Shown here in pieces: positions 12,039 to 21,559 of a stretch of DNA of 45,933 nt (position 1 is the first letter of the stretch; the number at the start of each line of letters is the position of its first letter). Location of the stretch: positions 1-45,933 of the forward strand of contig VFJJ01000035.1 of NCBI GenBank assembly GCA_009886115.1, in the 5' to 3' direction. The DNA is from Actinomycetota bacterium. Lineage in GTDB: Bacteria; Actinomycetota; Acidimicrobiia; IMCC26256; VFJJ01. The notes below the pieces were generated by a model. It had not been told where the DNA came from and did not search any database. It was given only the letters and a program-made list of their open reading frames with translations. Both the position numbers and the translations under genes were made by a program.

Positions 12039-12674
12039 GTGACGGGCGGGCGCGTCGTTGGCGTCCTCGGCGCAGGGCTGGCCGGATACCTGATCGGCAC
12101 GTTCCCGTCGGCCGATGTCGCGGCCCGGGTGGCGTCGAGGGGTGAGGTCGACCTGCGCGAGCACGGCTCGGGGAACCCGGGAGGGCTCAACGCGGCCCGG
12201 GTCCTGGGCAAGCGGTGGGGCGCAGCCGTGATGGCCGCCGACATCGCCAAAGGCGCCGCTGCGTCGGGGGTAGGGCGCCGCCTCGGTGGCGACACCGGTT
12301 CGTACCTGGCCGGAACCGCCTCGGTCGCCGGTCATATCTGGCCGGTGTGGAACGGGTTCCGAGGCGGCAAGGGTGTGGCGGCCGCTGCGGGTTCGTGCCT
12401 CATGAACTTCCCGCCGTACTTCCCCGTCGACCTGGCCATCGCCGCGGGTGGGGCCCGAACCTCGGGAAGCTCCGAGCGGGCGATCCAGGTCGCCGCGGTC
12501 ACCTGGACCGCCGCGGCTGTCGTGTGGTGGAGGCGATGCCTGCCCAACGGGTGGGGGCCCCGCCCCACGGTGGCGCTGCCGCTGTCGACGGCTGCAACCT
12601 CGGTCATGGTCGTCGTGAAGTTCAGGGCCGCCCGCCTGGCCGCAGCGAGGGACGGCGTCACGCCTGTGTCGTGA
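12039..12674 (+). CDS. plsY: Glycerol-3-phosphate acyltransferase PlsY family
   Basis: YLIG.FP, DLR..GSGNPG..N..R, D..KG, GH.WP...FRGGKGVA motifs; start uncertain (11982 or 12039). Confidence 0.8.
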   Translation: MTGGRVVGVLGAGLAGYLIGTFPSADVAARVASRGEVDLREHGSGNPGGLNAARVLGKRWGAAVMAADIAKGAAASGVGRRLGGDTGSYLAGTASVAGHIWPVWNGFRGGKGVAAAAGSCLMNFPPYFPVDLAIAAGGARTSGSSERAIQVAAVTWTAAAVVWWRRCLPNGWGPRPTVALPLSTAATSVMVVVKFRAARLAAARDGVTPVS

Positions 12675-12690
12675 ATGTGGGAATTGCGGT

Positions 12691-12718
12691 TAAGTTCCGC
12701 AATGCCCGATGTCGATGA
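12691..12718 (+). promoter_or_regulatory. Putative sigma28 (FliA/WhiG-type) promoter
   Basis: TAAG-N16-GTCGATGA, ending 6 nt before the cyclase ATG; resembles TAAA-N15/16-GCCGATAA. Confidence 0.5.
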
Positions 12719-12724
12719 AGGGGA

Positions 12725-14284
12725 ATGCACCCGGTCGTCTCCCGAGCGCTCTCGCTCATCGAGGATCTGTTCTTCGGTCGTCCGGGGACCGATCCGCGAG
12801 CCAGCGCCGGCCGCCTGGCCGGGACCCTCTACATCGGCGGCGCGCTGGTCGTGGTCTCCACCGTGTGGACCCTGCCCGCCTCGGTCGATCGTCTCGACCT
12901 GACCCTGATCGCCGGTGCAGGACTGCTGATCGGCCTGGTCGTGCGGCTGCTGCCCTGGGAACACTGGCCGGACCGGGCGATCTGGTCCCTCCCCATCGGG
13001 ACCCTCGCCGGTATGGCGACGGCCGCTCGGTTCGAACCCGCGGCCGTGGGTCACTACCTGGCGTTCAACGCGCTCGTGTCGATGTTCGTCGGTCTCACCC
13101 GTAGACCCGGAGCGGCGCTGACGGTCGCACCGCTGGGCTTGGGCACCTACCTGTTCGTCGCCGGATCAGCAGGTCAGCGACACTTGGCGGGCCTGGTGAT
13201 CCAGACCCTGGTCGCCGTGGCGATCGGCGAGATCCTGGCCCTGGCCATCGCTCGCCACTCCCGGACCGGACGGGACATGGCCGCGCTCCTCGACGCTGCG
13301 GTCACGCTGGGAGCCGCGACGACCGAACGGGAGGCGGCCGCTGCCATCACCTCGGTGCTGCGTGATCTCCTCGGAGCCGACGCCGTCACCTTGTGGAGAT
13401 CACCCGAGGGCGCCGATCCGATCGGCGGCCCGTTCGTGCTCGAAGGTGAGTCCCGGGCGGTGATCCACCTCGGCAGGGACCTCACGGACTGGGCCGCTGA
13501 TCCGCCGGAGCAGGGCATTCGGGCAGCCATGGCGACGGGTCGGATGATCCATGTCGGCGACGCGGCGTCGTCGCGCTTCCCGACGGTCACTCTCGATGGA
13601 ACGCCGGCCGCCTCGGTGCTGTACCTGCCGCTGCGCAACGGGCCTGTCATCGCCGGGGCTGTCGTCGCCAGCTGGCGCCAGCGGCACCGTCGTCTCGACG
13701 CGTTCGTCCATCGGGCGCTCGAGCTCCTCGCACCCGAGGCGGGGCGGGCGCTCAGCCGGCTCCGGGTCACGACGAACCTGGCCCGGGCGGCCGAAACCGA
13801 TCCGGTGACGGGCCTGCTCAACCGCCGAGCGTTCGACCGGGCGCTGTCGGGCCTGGCCGCCGGTGACGCGCTGGCGATCATCGACCTCGATCACTTCAAG
13901 GCGGTGAACGACCGCTTCGGGCACGCCGAGGGCGACGTGCTGTTGGCCCGGTTCGGCGAGGCCATCGCCCAGGTCGTGCGGCGGGGCGACCTCGCCATCC
14001 GCTACGGCGGCGAGGAGTTCGCCATCGTGCTGAGCGCCGCTGGTCAGCACGGCGTCGAGCTGGTCATGTCGCGGCTCCAGCGGGAGTGGCGGGCCACGAG
14101 CCCGCTCGCCACCTTCTCGGCCGGCGTGGCCGTTCGTGAGGCCGACGAGGACCCGGCCGGGGTCTTTCTCCGAGCCGACGCTGCGCTCTACGAGGCCAAG
14201 CGCGGGGGACGCGATCGCGTCGAGCATGCCCGGACACTCGTGCTACCCAATGGGGCTCGTGAGGCCACCGATGTTGGGAGATGA
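12725..14284 (+). CDS. Membrane-anchored GAF-GGDEF diguanylate cyclase
   Basis: About six N-terminal hydrophobic helices, GAF-like middle, TDPVTGLLNRR, DLDHFKAVNDRFGH..GD, RYGGEEF with RxxD I-site (RRGD), AD.ALY.AK..GR. Confidence 0.92.
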   Translation: MHPVVSRALSLIEDLFFGRPGTDPRASAGRLAGTLYIGGALVVVSTVWTLPASVDRLDLTLIAGAGLLIGLVVRLLPWEHWPDRAIWSLPIGTLAGMATAARFEPAAVGHYLAFNALVSMFVGLTRRPGAALTVAPLGLGTYLFVAGSAGQRHLAGLVIQTLVAVAIGEILALAIARHSRTGRDMAALLDAAVTLGAATTEREAAAAITSVLRDLLGADAVTLWRSPEGADPIGGPFVLEGESRAVIHLGRDLTDWAADPPEQGIRAAMATGRMIHVGDAASSRFPTVTLDGTPAASVLYLPLRNGPVIAGAVVASWRQRHRRLDAFVHRALELLAPEAGRALSRLRVTTNLARAAETDPVTGLLNRRAFDRALSGLAAGDALAIIDLDHFKAVNDRFGHAEGDVLLARFGEAIAQVVRRGDLAIRYGGEEFAIVLSAAGQHGVELVMSRLQREWRATSPLATFSAGVAVREADEDPAGVFLRADAALYEAKRGGRDRVEHARTLVLPNGAREATDVGR

Positions 14285-14435
14285 CCCATTCTCACCCTCA
14301 GGGACGACTTTAGCGACATGGGGGGTTCGCGCACTACGTACCGTGTCGGGGTAGTCTGCACCTAGAGCGGTTGGCACGAGACCAGCACCTTCGGGGGAGG
14401 GTGGGTCCAAAACGGCCGACGGAGGAGCACACAAG

Positions 14436-15296
14436 GTGGACCGGAACGATCATGTTGTCGAGTTGGCGCCCAGCGTGGTCGCTGACGAGGTGGCAGAGAC
14501 CAGGATCGACTTTCGCATGGCCGACGTCGCCGTCCGGCTCGGTATCAGCGAGCGGACGTTGGCCCGGTACTTCGGGGGGCGTGACGGTCTCGTCCGGGAG
14601 GTCGCGTCGATCCGTGACGCGGCATACGTTCGGCGACTCGCCGGGGCCACCGGTGGACCGGCCGATGTGCTCGCTACGGCCATGGAGGCCTCGCGATCCG
14701 ACACATCGCACGTCCCGCTGATGCGCCTGGCCGAGCAGGTCGAGGCGGGATCGCCAGCGGCGGTCGATCGGGCGCGACGTGTCGGGTACACCGACGTCTC
14801 CGACACCCTGGCCCGGACCGTCAGCGGTCTCTCCAGCGACCACCTGGCGCTGGGCCTGATCGCCTTGACGGTCTTCCCGCTCGCGTTCCCGCGCTGGTCC
14901 GAGACGATCACCGGGAGCGACCCGCGCAGCGACGAGTTCCGCACCGCCCACGACGGGTTCCTGGTCGAGGCCTGTGCGCGCCTCTCGGGCGCCTCCGGTG
15001 TCTCGGGCGAGGGAGCCGCGCTGACCGCGCTGGCTGTGCCCGCCGCGCTGTCGCCGTCGTCGTCGAGCGGGCTCCAGGTCGACCTCGACGACCGGGACAT
15101 CGACCTGACGAACGTCCACACCACCGCCGAGCTTCCGCTCTCGAGGGCCGCCGCCACCGTCATCGAGCACGCCAAGGGCATCGCTGAGCTCGCCGGTGCA
15201 TCCGAGCTCGCTCCGGCGCACCTGTTCAAGGCGCTGCGAGCGCTGGCGCCGGGCCTCGTCGACCGGTCGATGACCGCGACGGTCGATCTCGACTGA
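14436..15296 (+). CDS. TetR-like HTH regulator with a C-terminal Clp-N-like repeat
   Basis: GGAGGAG RBS; MADVAVRLGISERTLARYFGGRDGL HTH; tail LPLSRAAATVIEHAKGIAELAGASELAPAHLFKAL. Confidence 0.65.
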   Translation: MDRNDHVVELAPSVVADEVAETRIDFRMADVAVRLGISERTLARYFGGRDGLVREVASIRDAAYVRRLAGATGGPADVLATAMEASRSDTSHVPLMRLAEQVEAGSPAAVDRARRVGYTDVSDTLARTVSGLSSDHLALGLIALTVFPLAFPRWSETITGSDPRSDEFRTAHDGFLVEACARLSGASGVSGEGAALTALAVPAALSPSSSSGLQVDLDDRDIDLTNVHTTAELPLSRAAATVIEHAKGIAELAGASELAPAHLFKALRALAPGLVDRSMTATVDLD

Positions 15297-15313
15297 AGGG
15301 AACGAAGCCCCGC

Positions 15314-15913
<600 letters not shown>

Positions 15914-16073
15914 GGTGGGAGGCTACGCGGCCGTTCGGCCGCTCGGGTGGGACACCGCTTTGCTTGGGGGCCCCGCGCGGGACTACACCCGCGCCGGCGT
16001 GGTTCCCGGTGGGCATGAGGTGCCCACCGCATCACCCATGGCCGATCGGTGACCACCCTCGAGCACGGAGCAG

Positions 16074-17687
16074 GTGAAGGAGATCGTCGGCATCATGGTG
16101 GAATCGGACGAGGCTCGATCGTTGGGGCCTGGCGCGCGCCACCTGCTGCTGGTCGCCGGCGCCGTGGCGGTCGTGGTGTCGATGGGATCCATGGTCGCGG
16201 TCGGATCTGCGCTGTGGCTCGACGAGGCCCTCTCGGTCGAGATCGCGCGTCTGCCCCTCGGAGATCTCGAGCAGGCGCTGAGGATCGACGGGGCCCCGCC
16301 GCTGTACTACGTGCTGCTCCACGCCTGGATGTCGATCTTCGGCGACGGCGACACGGCGGTCAGGGGCCTGTCGGCCGTCTTCGCCGTCGGCACCCTGCCC
16401 CTGGCGTGGTACGCCGGCCGCCGCATCGGCGGAGCCTCGGGGGCGGTCGCCGCGGTGCTGGTGTTCGCCACCTCGCCGTACCTCGTTCGATACGGGTCCG
16501 AGACCCGCATGTACTCCGCAGTGATCTTCCTGGTGGTCGCCGGGTACCTCGCCATCGTGCGGGCGTGGGAGCGACCGTCGTCATACGGTCGGCTTGCCCT
16601 GCTCGGCGCGATCTGCGGGCTGCTCGTGCTCACGCAGTACTGGGCGCTCTACCTGTTGCTGGCCACGGGGCTCGTGCTCGTCCGCGCCGCGTGGCGCCCC
16701 CGGGAGCCGGCGCTTCGGCGCACCGCCGTCCGGGTGCTCGCAGCCGCGGTGATCGGCTCCGTCGTCTTCATGGCGCCGTGGCTGCCGACGTTCCTCTACC
16801 AGCGGGCGCACACGGGTACGCCCTGGGGACGCCCGGTCCAGCCCTTCCAGGCGTTCATCGACAGCATCACCGACTTCGGGGGTCCCGGCGGGGTCATCAA
16901 GCCCCAGGACACCACGCTCGGAATCATCCTGCTCCTGCTCGGGGTGGTGGCGTTGTTCGCCGTGGGGATCGACGGCCGACGGCTGGAGGTCGACCTCCGG
17001 ACCCGGCCCGCAGCCCGTCCGCTCGCGTTCGTCGCCACGGCCACGCTGACCATCGGCGTCGTGCTGGGGCGCGTCTCGGGGGTGGCCTTCCAGCCCCGCT
17101 ACGCAGCGGTGATCTTCCCGCTGTTCCTGCTGCTCGTGGTGATGGGGCTCATGCAGCTCCGTGACGAGCCGATCCGAGCCGGGGTGCTCGCTGTCGTCGT
17201 CGCCATGGGGCTCTTCGGCGTGGGCCGCAACCTCGTCGTCGACCGGACCCAGGCCGCCGAGCTCGCCGCGGCGATCAATCGTGACGCCGTCCCCGGCGAC
17301 GTGGTCGTGTACTGCCCCGACCAGCTCGGTCCCGACACGCATCGCCTCATCGACGACGAGCTGATCGCCGGGGGACTCGTCGAGGTCACGTTCCCTGACC
17401 TCGAGCCGCCGACCCGCATCAACTGGGTCAGGTACGCCGAGCGCAACGCCATCGGTGGCGAGGCCGTCGCCGCCGTCGCCCAGCGGGTCGTCGAGCGGGC
17501 CACCCCGACCGGTGCCGTCTGGCTCGTGTGGAACCCGACCTACAAGCACCTCGAGGGTCGCTGCGAGCAACTGATCGACGGGCTCAACGCGCAACGCCCG
17601 GGCCTCGAGCAGCGGATCGTGGGCGCCGACACGGCGCTCTACGAGAACGCATACCTGTACCGCTGGGCTCCGGTGACGGTTCCGTGA
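16074..17687 (+). CDS. GT-C membrane glycosyltransferase (PMT/ArnT-like, GT39/83 type)
   Basis: LWLDEA.S, D..PPLYY.LLH.W, R.LS, E.RMYS, multiple TM helices, PRY, soluble C-terminal domain. Confidence 0.85.
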   Translation: MKEIVGIMVESDEARSLGPGARHLLLVAGAVAVVVSMGSMVAVGSALWLDEALSVEIARLPLGDLEQALRIDGAPPLYYVLLHAWMSIFGDGDTAVRGLSAVFAVGTLPLAWYAGRRIGGASGAVAAVLVFATSPYLVRYGSETRMYSAVIFLVVAGYLAIVRAWERPSSYGRLALLGAICGLLVLTQYWALYLLLATGLVLVRAAWRPREPALRRTAVRVLAAAVIGSVVFMAPWLPTFLYQRAHTGTPWGRPVQPFQAFIDSITDFGGPGGVIKPQDTTLGIILLLLGVVALFAVGIDGRRLEVDLRTRPAARPLAFVATATLTIGVVLGRVSGVAFQPRYAAVIFPLFLLLVVMGLMQLRDEPIRAGVLAVVVAMGLFGVGRNLVVDRTQAAELAAAINRDAVPGDVVVYCPDQLGPDTHRLIDDELIAGGLVEVTFPDLEPPTRINWVRYAERNAIGGEAVAAVAQRVVERATPTGAVWLVWNPTYKHLEGRCEQLIDGLNAQRPGLEQRIVGADTALYENAYLYRWAPVTVP

Positions 17688-18928
17688 GCCTCGTCGCCGG
17701 GGTGATCCGACGCGCGAGGGTCCGGGCTCGCGCCCGTGTCGTCGCCTTCGTGCACGAGCGGGCGCCGGAGCTCCCGGGCGCGTCGGCGCCGAGGCGGTCC
17801 TGGAAGTGCGACGCCCGGGCCGTCGTGCCGGCCTGGGTGCTCACCCGGTTGGTCGTGCTCGGATCGCTGGGCTTCTCCCACGTCGTCTACAACCGGTTCG
17901 AGGAACAGAACCCGGGCGTCGGGCTCCGGGCGCCCGTCCAGCTCCGCGACGGGTTGGTCGCCTGGGACGGCACCTGGTATCGCGACATCGCCGACGGGGG
18001 CTACGAGGCCACGAGCAACGTGCGCGAAGGTCTCCGGTTCTTCCCGCTCTGGCCGGTGCTGGGCAAGGTCTTCTCGTACCCGTTCGGTGGCAACACCAAC
18101 GTGTCGCTCGTGGTGCTCGCCAACGTCATCGCCTTCGCCCTCCTCGTCGTGCTCTACCGGTTCGTGGCCCTCGAACGGGGTGTCGAGCTCGCATCGCGCG
18201 CGGTCTGGTTGCTGTCGATCGCACCGCTGGCCTTCGTGCTCGTGCTGGCCTACAGCGAAGCCCTGTCGATGACCTTGACGGTGCTCTCGTTCTGGGCGCT
18301 GCGGACCCGGCGCTGGCGGTGGGCTGCGCTGTTCGGCTTCTTCGTGGGCCTCACGCGTCCCTTCGGGCTGCTGCTGGCGATCCCGGCGTTCGTCGAAGGC
18401 CTGCGCGGCATCGCCACCTCGGGGTGGCGCGACCGGGCCTGGCGTCTGGTCCCGGCGGTGGCTCCGGCCGTGGGGTGCGGCGTCTATCTCTCATGGGTCA
18501 AGGCCGAGCACGATTCCTTCCTCCTGCCGTTTCGCATCCAGTCGAAGGCGTTCGGCCGGGGCTTCGACTACCCATGGGCCCGTTGGTGGCGGGCGTTCCA
18601 CGACGGTGTCACCGGCAACGTCAACGAGATCCTCCACGCCGGCTGGGTCGTGGTGCTCGTGGTGCTGATCGTGGTGCTGGCCCGGCGCTGGCCGGCCTCG
18701 TACACGTGGTTCTGCGTCGCCGTGCTCCTGGTCGCCGTCAGCGCCGACAACATCAACTCAGCCGAGCGCTACTGCCTCTCGGCGTTCCCGTTCATCCTGG
18801 CGGCGGCCGAGTTGACCGTGAATCCTCGACTCGTCCGATGGCGCCTCGACGTGCTCGTCGCTCCGCTGGCCGTCACCGGCCTCACGGTGTACTCGGTGCT
18901 CACCTTCCTCGGCGGATACGTTCCCTAG
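17684..18928 (+). CDS. GT-C mannosyltransferase-like protein (PIG-V/GT76-like)
   Basis: WDGTWY.DIA..GY, FFPLWP, AYSEAL, TRPFG, ERY; GTGA overlap with the upstream stop. Confidence 0.82.
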   Translation: MSLVAGVIRRARVRARARVVAFVHERAPELPGASAPRRSWKCDARAVVPAWVLTRLVVLGSLGFSHVVYNRFEEQNPGVGLRAPVQLRDGLVAWDGTWYRDIADGGYEATSNVREGLRFFPLWPVLGKVFSYPFGGNTNVSLVVLANVIAFALLVVLYRFVALERGVELASRAVWLLSIAPLAFVLVLAYSEALSMTLTVLSFWALRTRRWRWAALFGFFVGLTRPFGLLLAIPAFVEGLRGIATSGWRDRAWRLVPAVAPAVGCGVYLSWVKAEHDSFLLPFRIQSKAFGRGFDYPWARWWRAFHDGVTGNVNEILHAGWVVVLVVLIVVLARRWPASYTWFCVAVLLVAVSADNINSAERYCLSAFPFILAAAELTVNPRLVRWRLDVLVAPLAVTGLTVYSVLTFLGGYVP

Positions 18929-19073
18929 ACGCGGACACCGTCGCCCGAGCGTGCCCGTGCCGGTTGTGGCGGTTGTGGACGGTGATTCGGGGGTCAGCCT
19001 GGGCGTTCGCGTAGCCTGATCTCGTTCGCCGCCGCTCCGGTCGGACCCTGAGATCACATCCGAGGAACGCTCC

Positions 19074-20531
19074 ATGACGACACCCGCGCCTGCACCCGGC
19101 GACCTCAAGGTCGTCATCATCGGTGCCGGCCCTGCCGGCCTCACCGCTGCCTATCAACTGGGCAAGGCCGGTGTGACCTCGACGATCCTCGAATCCGACG
19201 ACGTCGTCGGCGGCATCAGCCGGACGGTCGTTCGCGACGGCTGGCGCTTCGACATCGGCGGCCACCGGTTCTTCACCAAGGTCCGCCCCGTCGAAGACCT
19301 CTGGTTCGAGATCCTGGGCAAGGACGACTTCCTGCTCCGACCTCGGCTGAGTCGCATCTTCTACAAGGGCAAGATGTTCGACTACCCGCTCCGGGCCAAG
19401 AACGCCCTGTTCGGCCTGGGGCTGCTCGAGGCGTTCCTGTGCGTCATGTCGTACATCTGGGTGCGCATCCGTCCGCCGAAGGACCAGACGAACTTCGAGG
19501 GTTTCGTCGCCTCCCGGTTCGGCTGGCGTCTGTACCGGACCTTCTTCAAGACCTACACCGAGAAGGTCTGGGGCATGAAGGCCACCGAGATCCAGGCCGA
19601 CTGGGGCGCCCAGCGCATCAAGAACCTGTCGCTGTTTCGCGCCGTCTGGGAGTCGCTCAAGCCCCAGAGCTTCCGCCTGCGCAACAAGGACAAGTCCAAG
19701 CAGGTGACGAGCCTCATCGAGGAGTTCAACTACCCGAAGTACGGCCCGGGCATGATGTGGGAACGTTGTCATGAGCTCTGCGAGGCCCAGGGTTCGAAGG
19801 TCTGGTTCAACAGCCGGGTCACCACCGTCCATCATGACGGCGGACGGGTCACCGGTGTCACGGCGCTGGTCGACGGAGTGCCCACCCGCATCGAGGCCAC
19901 CCACGTCATCTCGTCGATGCCCATCAGCCATCTGCTCCAGGGCATGGACCCCCCGGCGCCGGCCGAGGTGGTCTCAGCAGCCGGCGGGCTCGCCTACCGT
20001 GACTTCATGACCGTCGCCCTGGTCGTGCCCGAGGAGTTCGGCTTCCCCGACAACTGGATCTACATCCACGACCCCGCGGTCTCGGTCGGGCGCATCCAGA
20101 ACTTCGGGCAGTGGTCGCCGTACCTCGTCAAGGAAGGCCGCACCTGTCTCGGTCTCGAGTACTTCGTCTTCGAGGGCGACGACATGTGGACCAAGTCCGA
20201 CGCCGACCTCGTCGAGCAGGGCAAGCGGGAGTTGACGAAGCTGGGGCTGGTCGACGGCACCAAGGTCGAGGCCGGCTACGTGGTGCGCATCCCCAAGGCC
20301 TATCCCACCTATGACGGGAGCTACAAGGCCAACATCGAGACCATGCGCGGGTGGCTCGATGCCAACGTCGCCGGCGTGTACCCCACCGGGCGCAACGGCA
20401 TGCACAAGTACAACAACCAGGACCACTCGATGTACACCGCCATGCTCTCGGTCGAGAACATCCTCGGTCAGGGCGACCACGACGTGTGGACGGTCAACGT
20501 CGAGGAGGAGTACCACGAGGAAAAGGCCTGA
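19074..20531 (+). CDS. FAD-dependent oxidoreductase, UDP-galactopyranose mutase-like
   Basis: IIGAGPAGLTAA FAD motif, GG.SRT, DIGGHRFF, YT.KVWG, F.YPK.G, AYP.Y, GRNGMHKYNNQDHSM. Confidence 0.75.
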   Translation: MTTPAPAPGDLKVVIIGAGPAGLTAAYQLGKAGVTSTILESDDVVGGISRTVVRDGWRFDIGGHRFFTKVRPVEDLWFEILGKDDFLLRPRLSRIFYKGKMFDYPLRAKNALFGLGLLEAFLCVMSYIWVRIRPPKDQTNFEGFVASRFGWRLYRTFFKTYTEKVWGMKATEIQADWGAQRIKNLSLFRAVWESLKPQSFRLRNKDKSKQVTSLIEEFNYPKYGPGMMWERCHELCEAQGSKVWFNSRVTTVHHDGGRVTGVTALVDGVPTRIEATHVISSMPISHLLQGMDPPAPAEVVSAAGGLAYRDFMTVALVVPEEFGFPDNWIYIHDPAVSVGRIQNFGQWSPYLVKEGRTCLGLEYFVFEGDDMWTKSDADLVEQGKRELTKLGLVDGTKVEAGYVVRIPKAYPTYDGSYKANIETMRGWLDANVAGVYPTGRNGMHKYNNQDHSMYTAMLSVENILGQGDHDVWTVNVEEEYHEEKA

Positions 20532-20538
20532 CCTGTCG

Positions 20539-21474
20539 GTGCCCGCTCGACGCCTCATCGCTGGGTTGGCCGCGGTCGCGCTCTCGGGCGGGCTGGGAGC
20601 CTGTGAGTATCCGGGCTTCGGCGATTCCGAGCCCAAGGCCGCCGACTCCGGGGCCGAAGGGAGCGTCGCCGCCATCCCTGCGCCCGTGGAACACGCGGTG
20701 GAGGCTCTCGAGGGCGAGCCGGCGTCGGTGGTGATCGAGGCCGCACCGATGATCGAGACGGGCGCGGCCCCGCTCGTCCCGGAGCGGGTCATGTTCGTCG
20801 GCGATTCCGTGATGGGTGAGGTCGCGCTCTCGGCCGGCGCTGCCCTCTCGGCCAGCGTCGGAACCACATCGGTGGGGCACCGGCTGCAGGTGGGCGTGCT
20901 CGGTCTCGGCGACGGCTGGCGCGAGCGTTGGGCGAGCGATCTCGCCGGGCTCCGTCCCGACACCGTCGTCGTGATGGTGGGTCCGTGGGATCTCAACGAC
21001 GCCACCCGCCCCGATGGCACGGTGTGGCGTCTGGGCGATCCCGGCTTCCTCGACTGGTACCGTGCCGAGCTGCACGCCTGGGTCGACACGCTCACCGCGT
21101 CCGGCTCGGAGGTGCTCTGGCTCAGCGTCCCGCCCGTTCGTGACGCGGTCCTGGCGGCACAGCTCCAGCCGATCGACGCCGAGTTCCGGTTGCTGGCGGC
21201 CGATCGCCCCGATGTCGAGTACCTCGACACTGCCATCCTGGTGGGCGATCCGTCAGGCGCCTACCTCGAGCGAGATCCGGCGTCGAACGTCGCCCTGCGC
21301 ATGACCGACGGGTTGCACCTGTGCCCGGAAGGGGCGGCCCGGATCGCCGACGCCGTGGTCGCTCACCTGGGCGTGGGACCGATCGACCCGGCCGCGTGGC
21401 GCGACGGGGCCTGGCGCCTCGATGCCGAGCGCTTCGACCCGGCCAACTGCCCCGAGCCCGCGCCAACCATCTGA
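20539..21474 (+). CDS. SGNH/GDSL-family lipoprotein (paralog 1)
   Basis: Lipobox LGAC after a hydrophobic stretch; FVGDSV; DGLH; GTG start 7 nt after the upstream stop. Confidence 0.8.
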   Translation: MPARRLIAGLAAVALSGGLGACEYPGFGDSEPKAADSGAEGSVAAIPAPVEHAVEALEGEPASVVIEAAPMIETGAAPLVPERVMFVGDSVMGEVALSAGAALSASVGTTSVGHRLQVGVLGLGDGWRERWASDLAGLRPDTVVVMVGPWDLNDATRPDGTVWRLGDPGFLDWYRAELHAWVDTLTASGSEVLWLSVPPVRDAVLAAQLQPIDAEFRLLAADRPDVEYLDTAILVGDPSGAYLERDPASNVALRMTDGLHLCPEGAARIADAVVAHLGVGPIDPAAWRDGAWRLDAERFDPANCPEPAPTI

Positions 21475-21559
21475 GCACCTGTCAGGTGTCGGGTTCAGGG
21501 CCCGTTCAACGCACAGTGCTCGGCCTGGGGGCGGGGGCAGCCCGTACGATCTCGGGTTG

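Noticed and set aside
14285..14435. c-di-GMP or c-di-AMP riboswitch after the cyclase
   Set aside because: Only short hairpins and a TAGTCT -10 candidate; no recognisable aptamer consensus.
19074..20531. Protoporphyrinogen oxidase (hemY/hemG)
   Set aside because: Shares only the FAD fold; the GGH and NQDHS motifs and the glycan context fit a UGM-like protein better.
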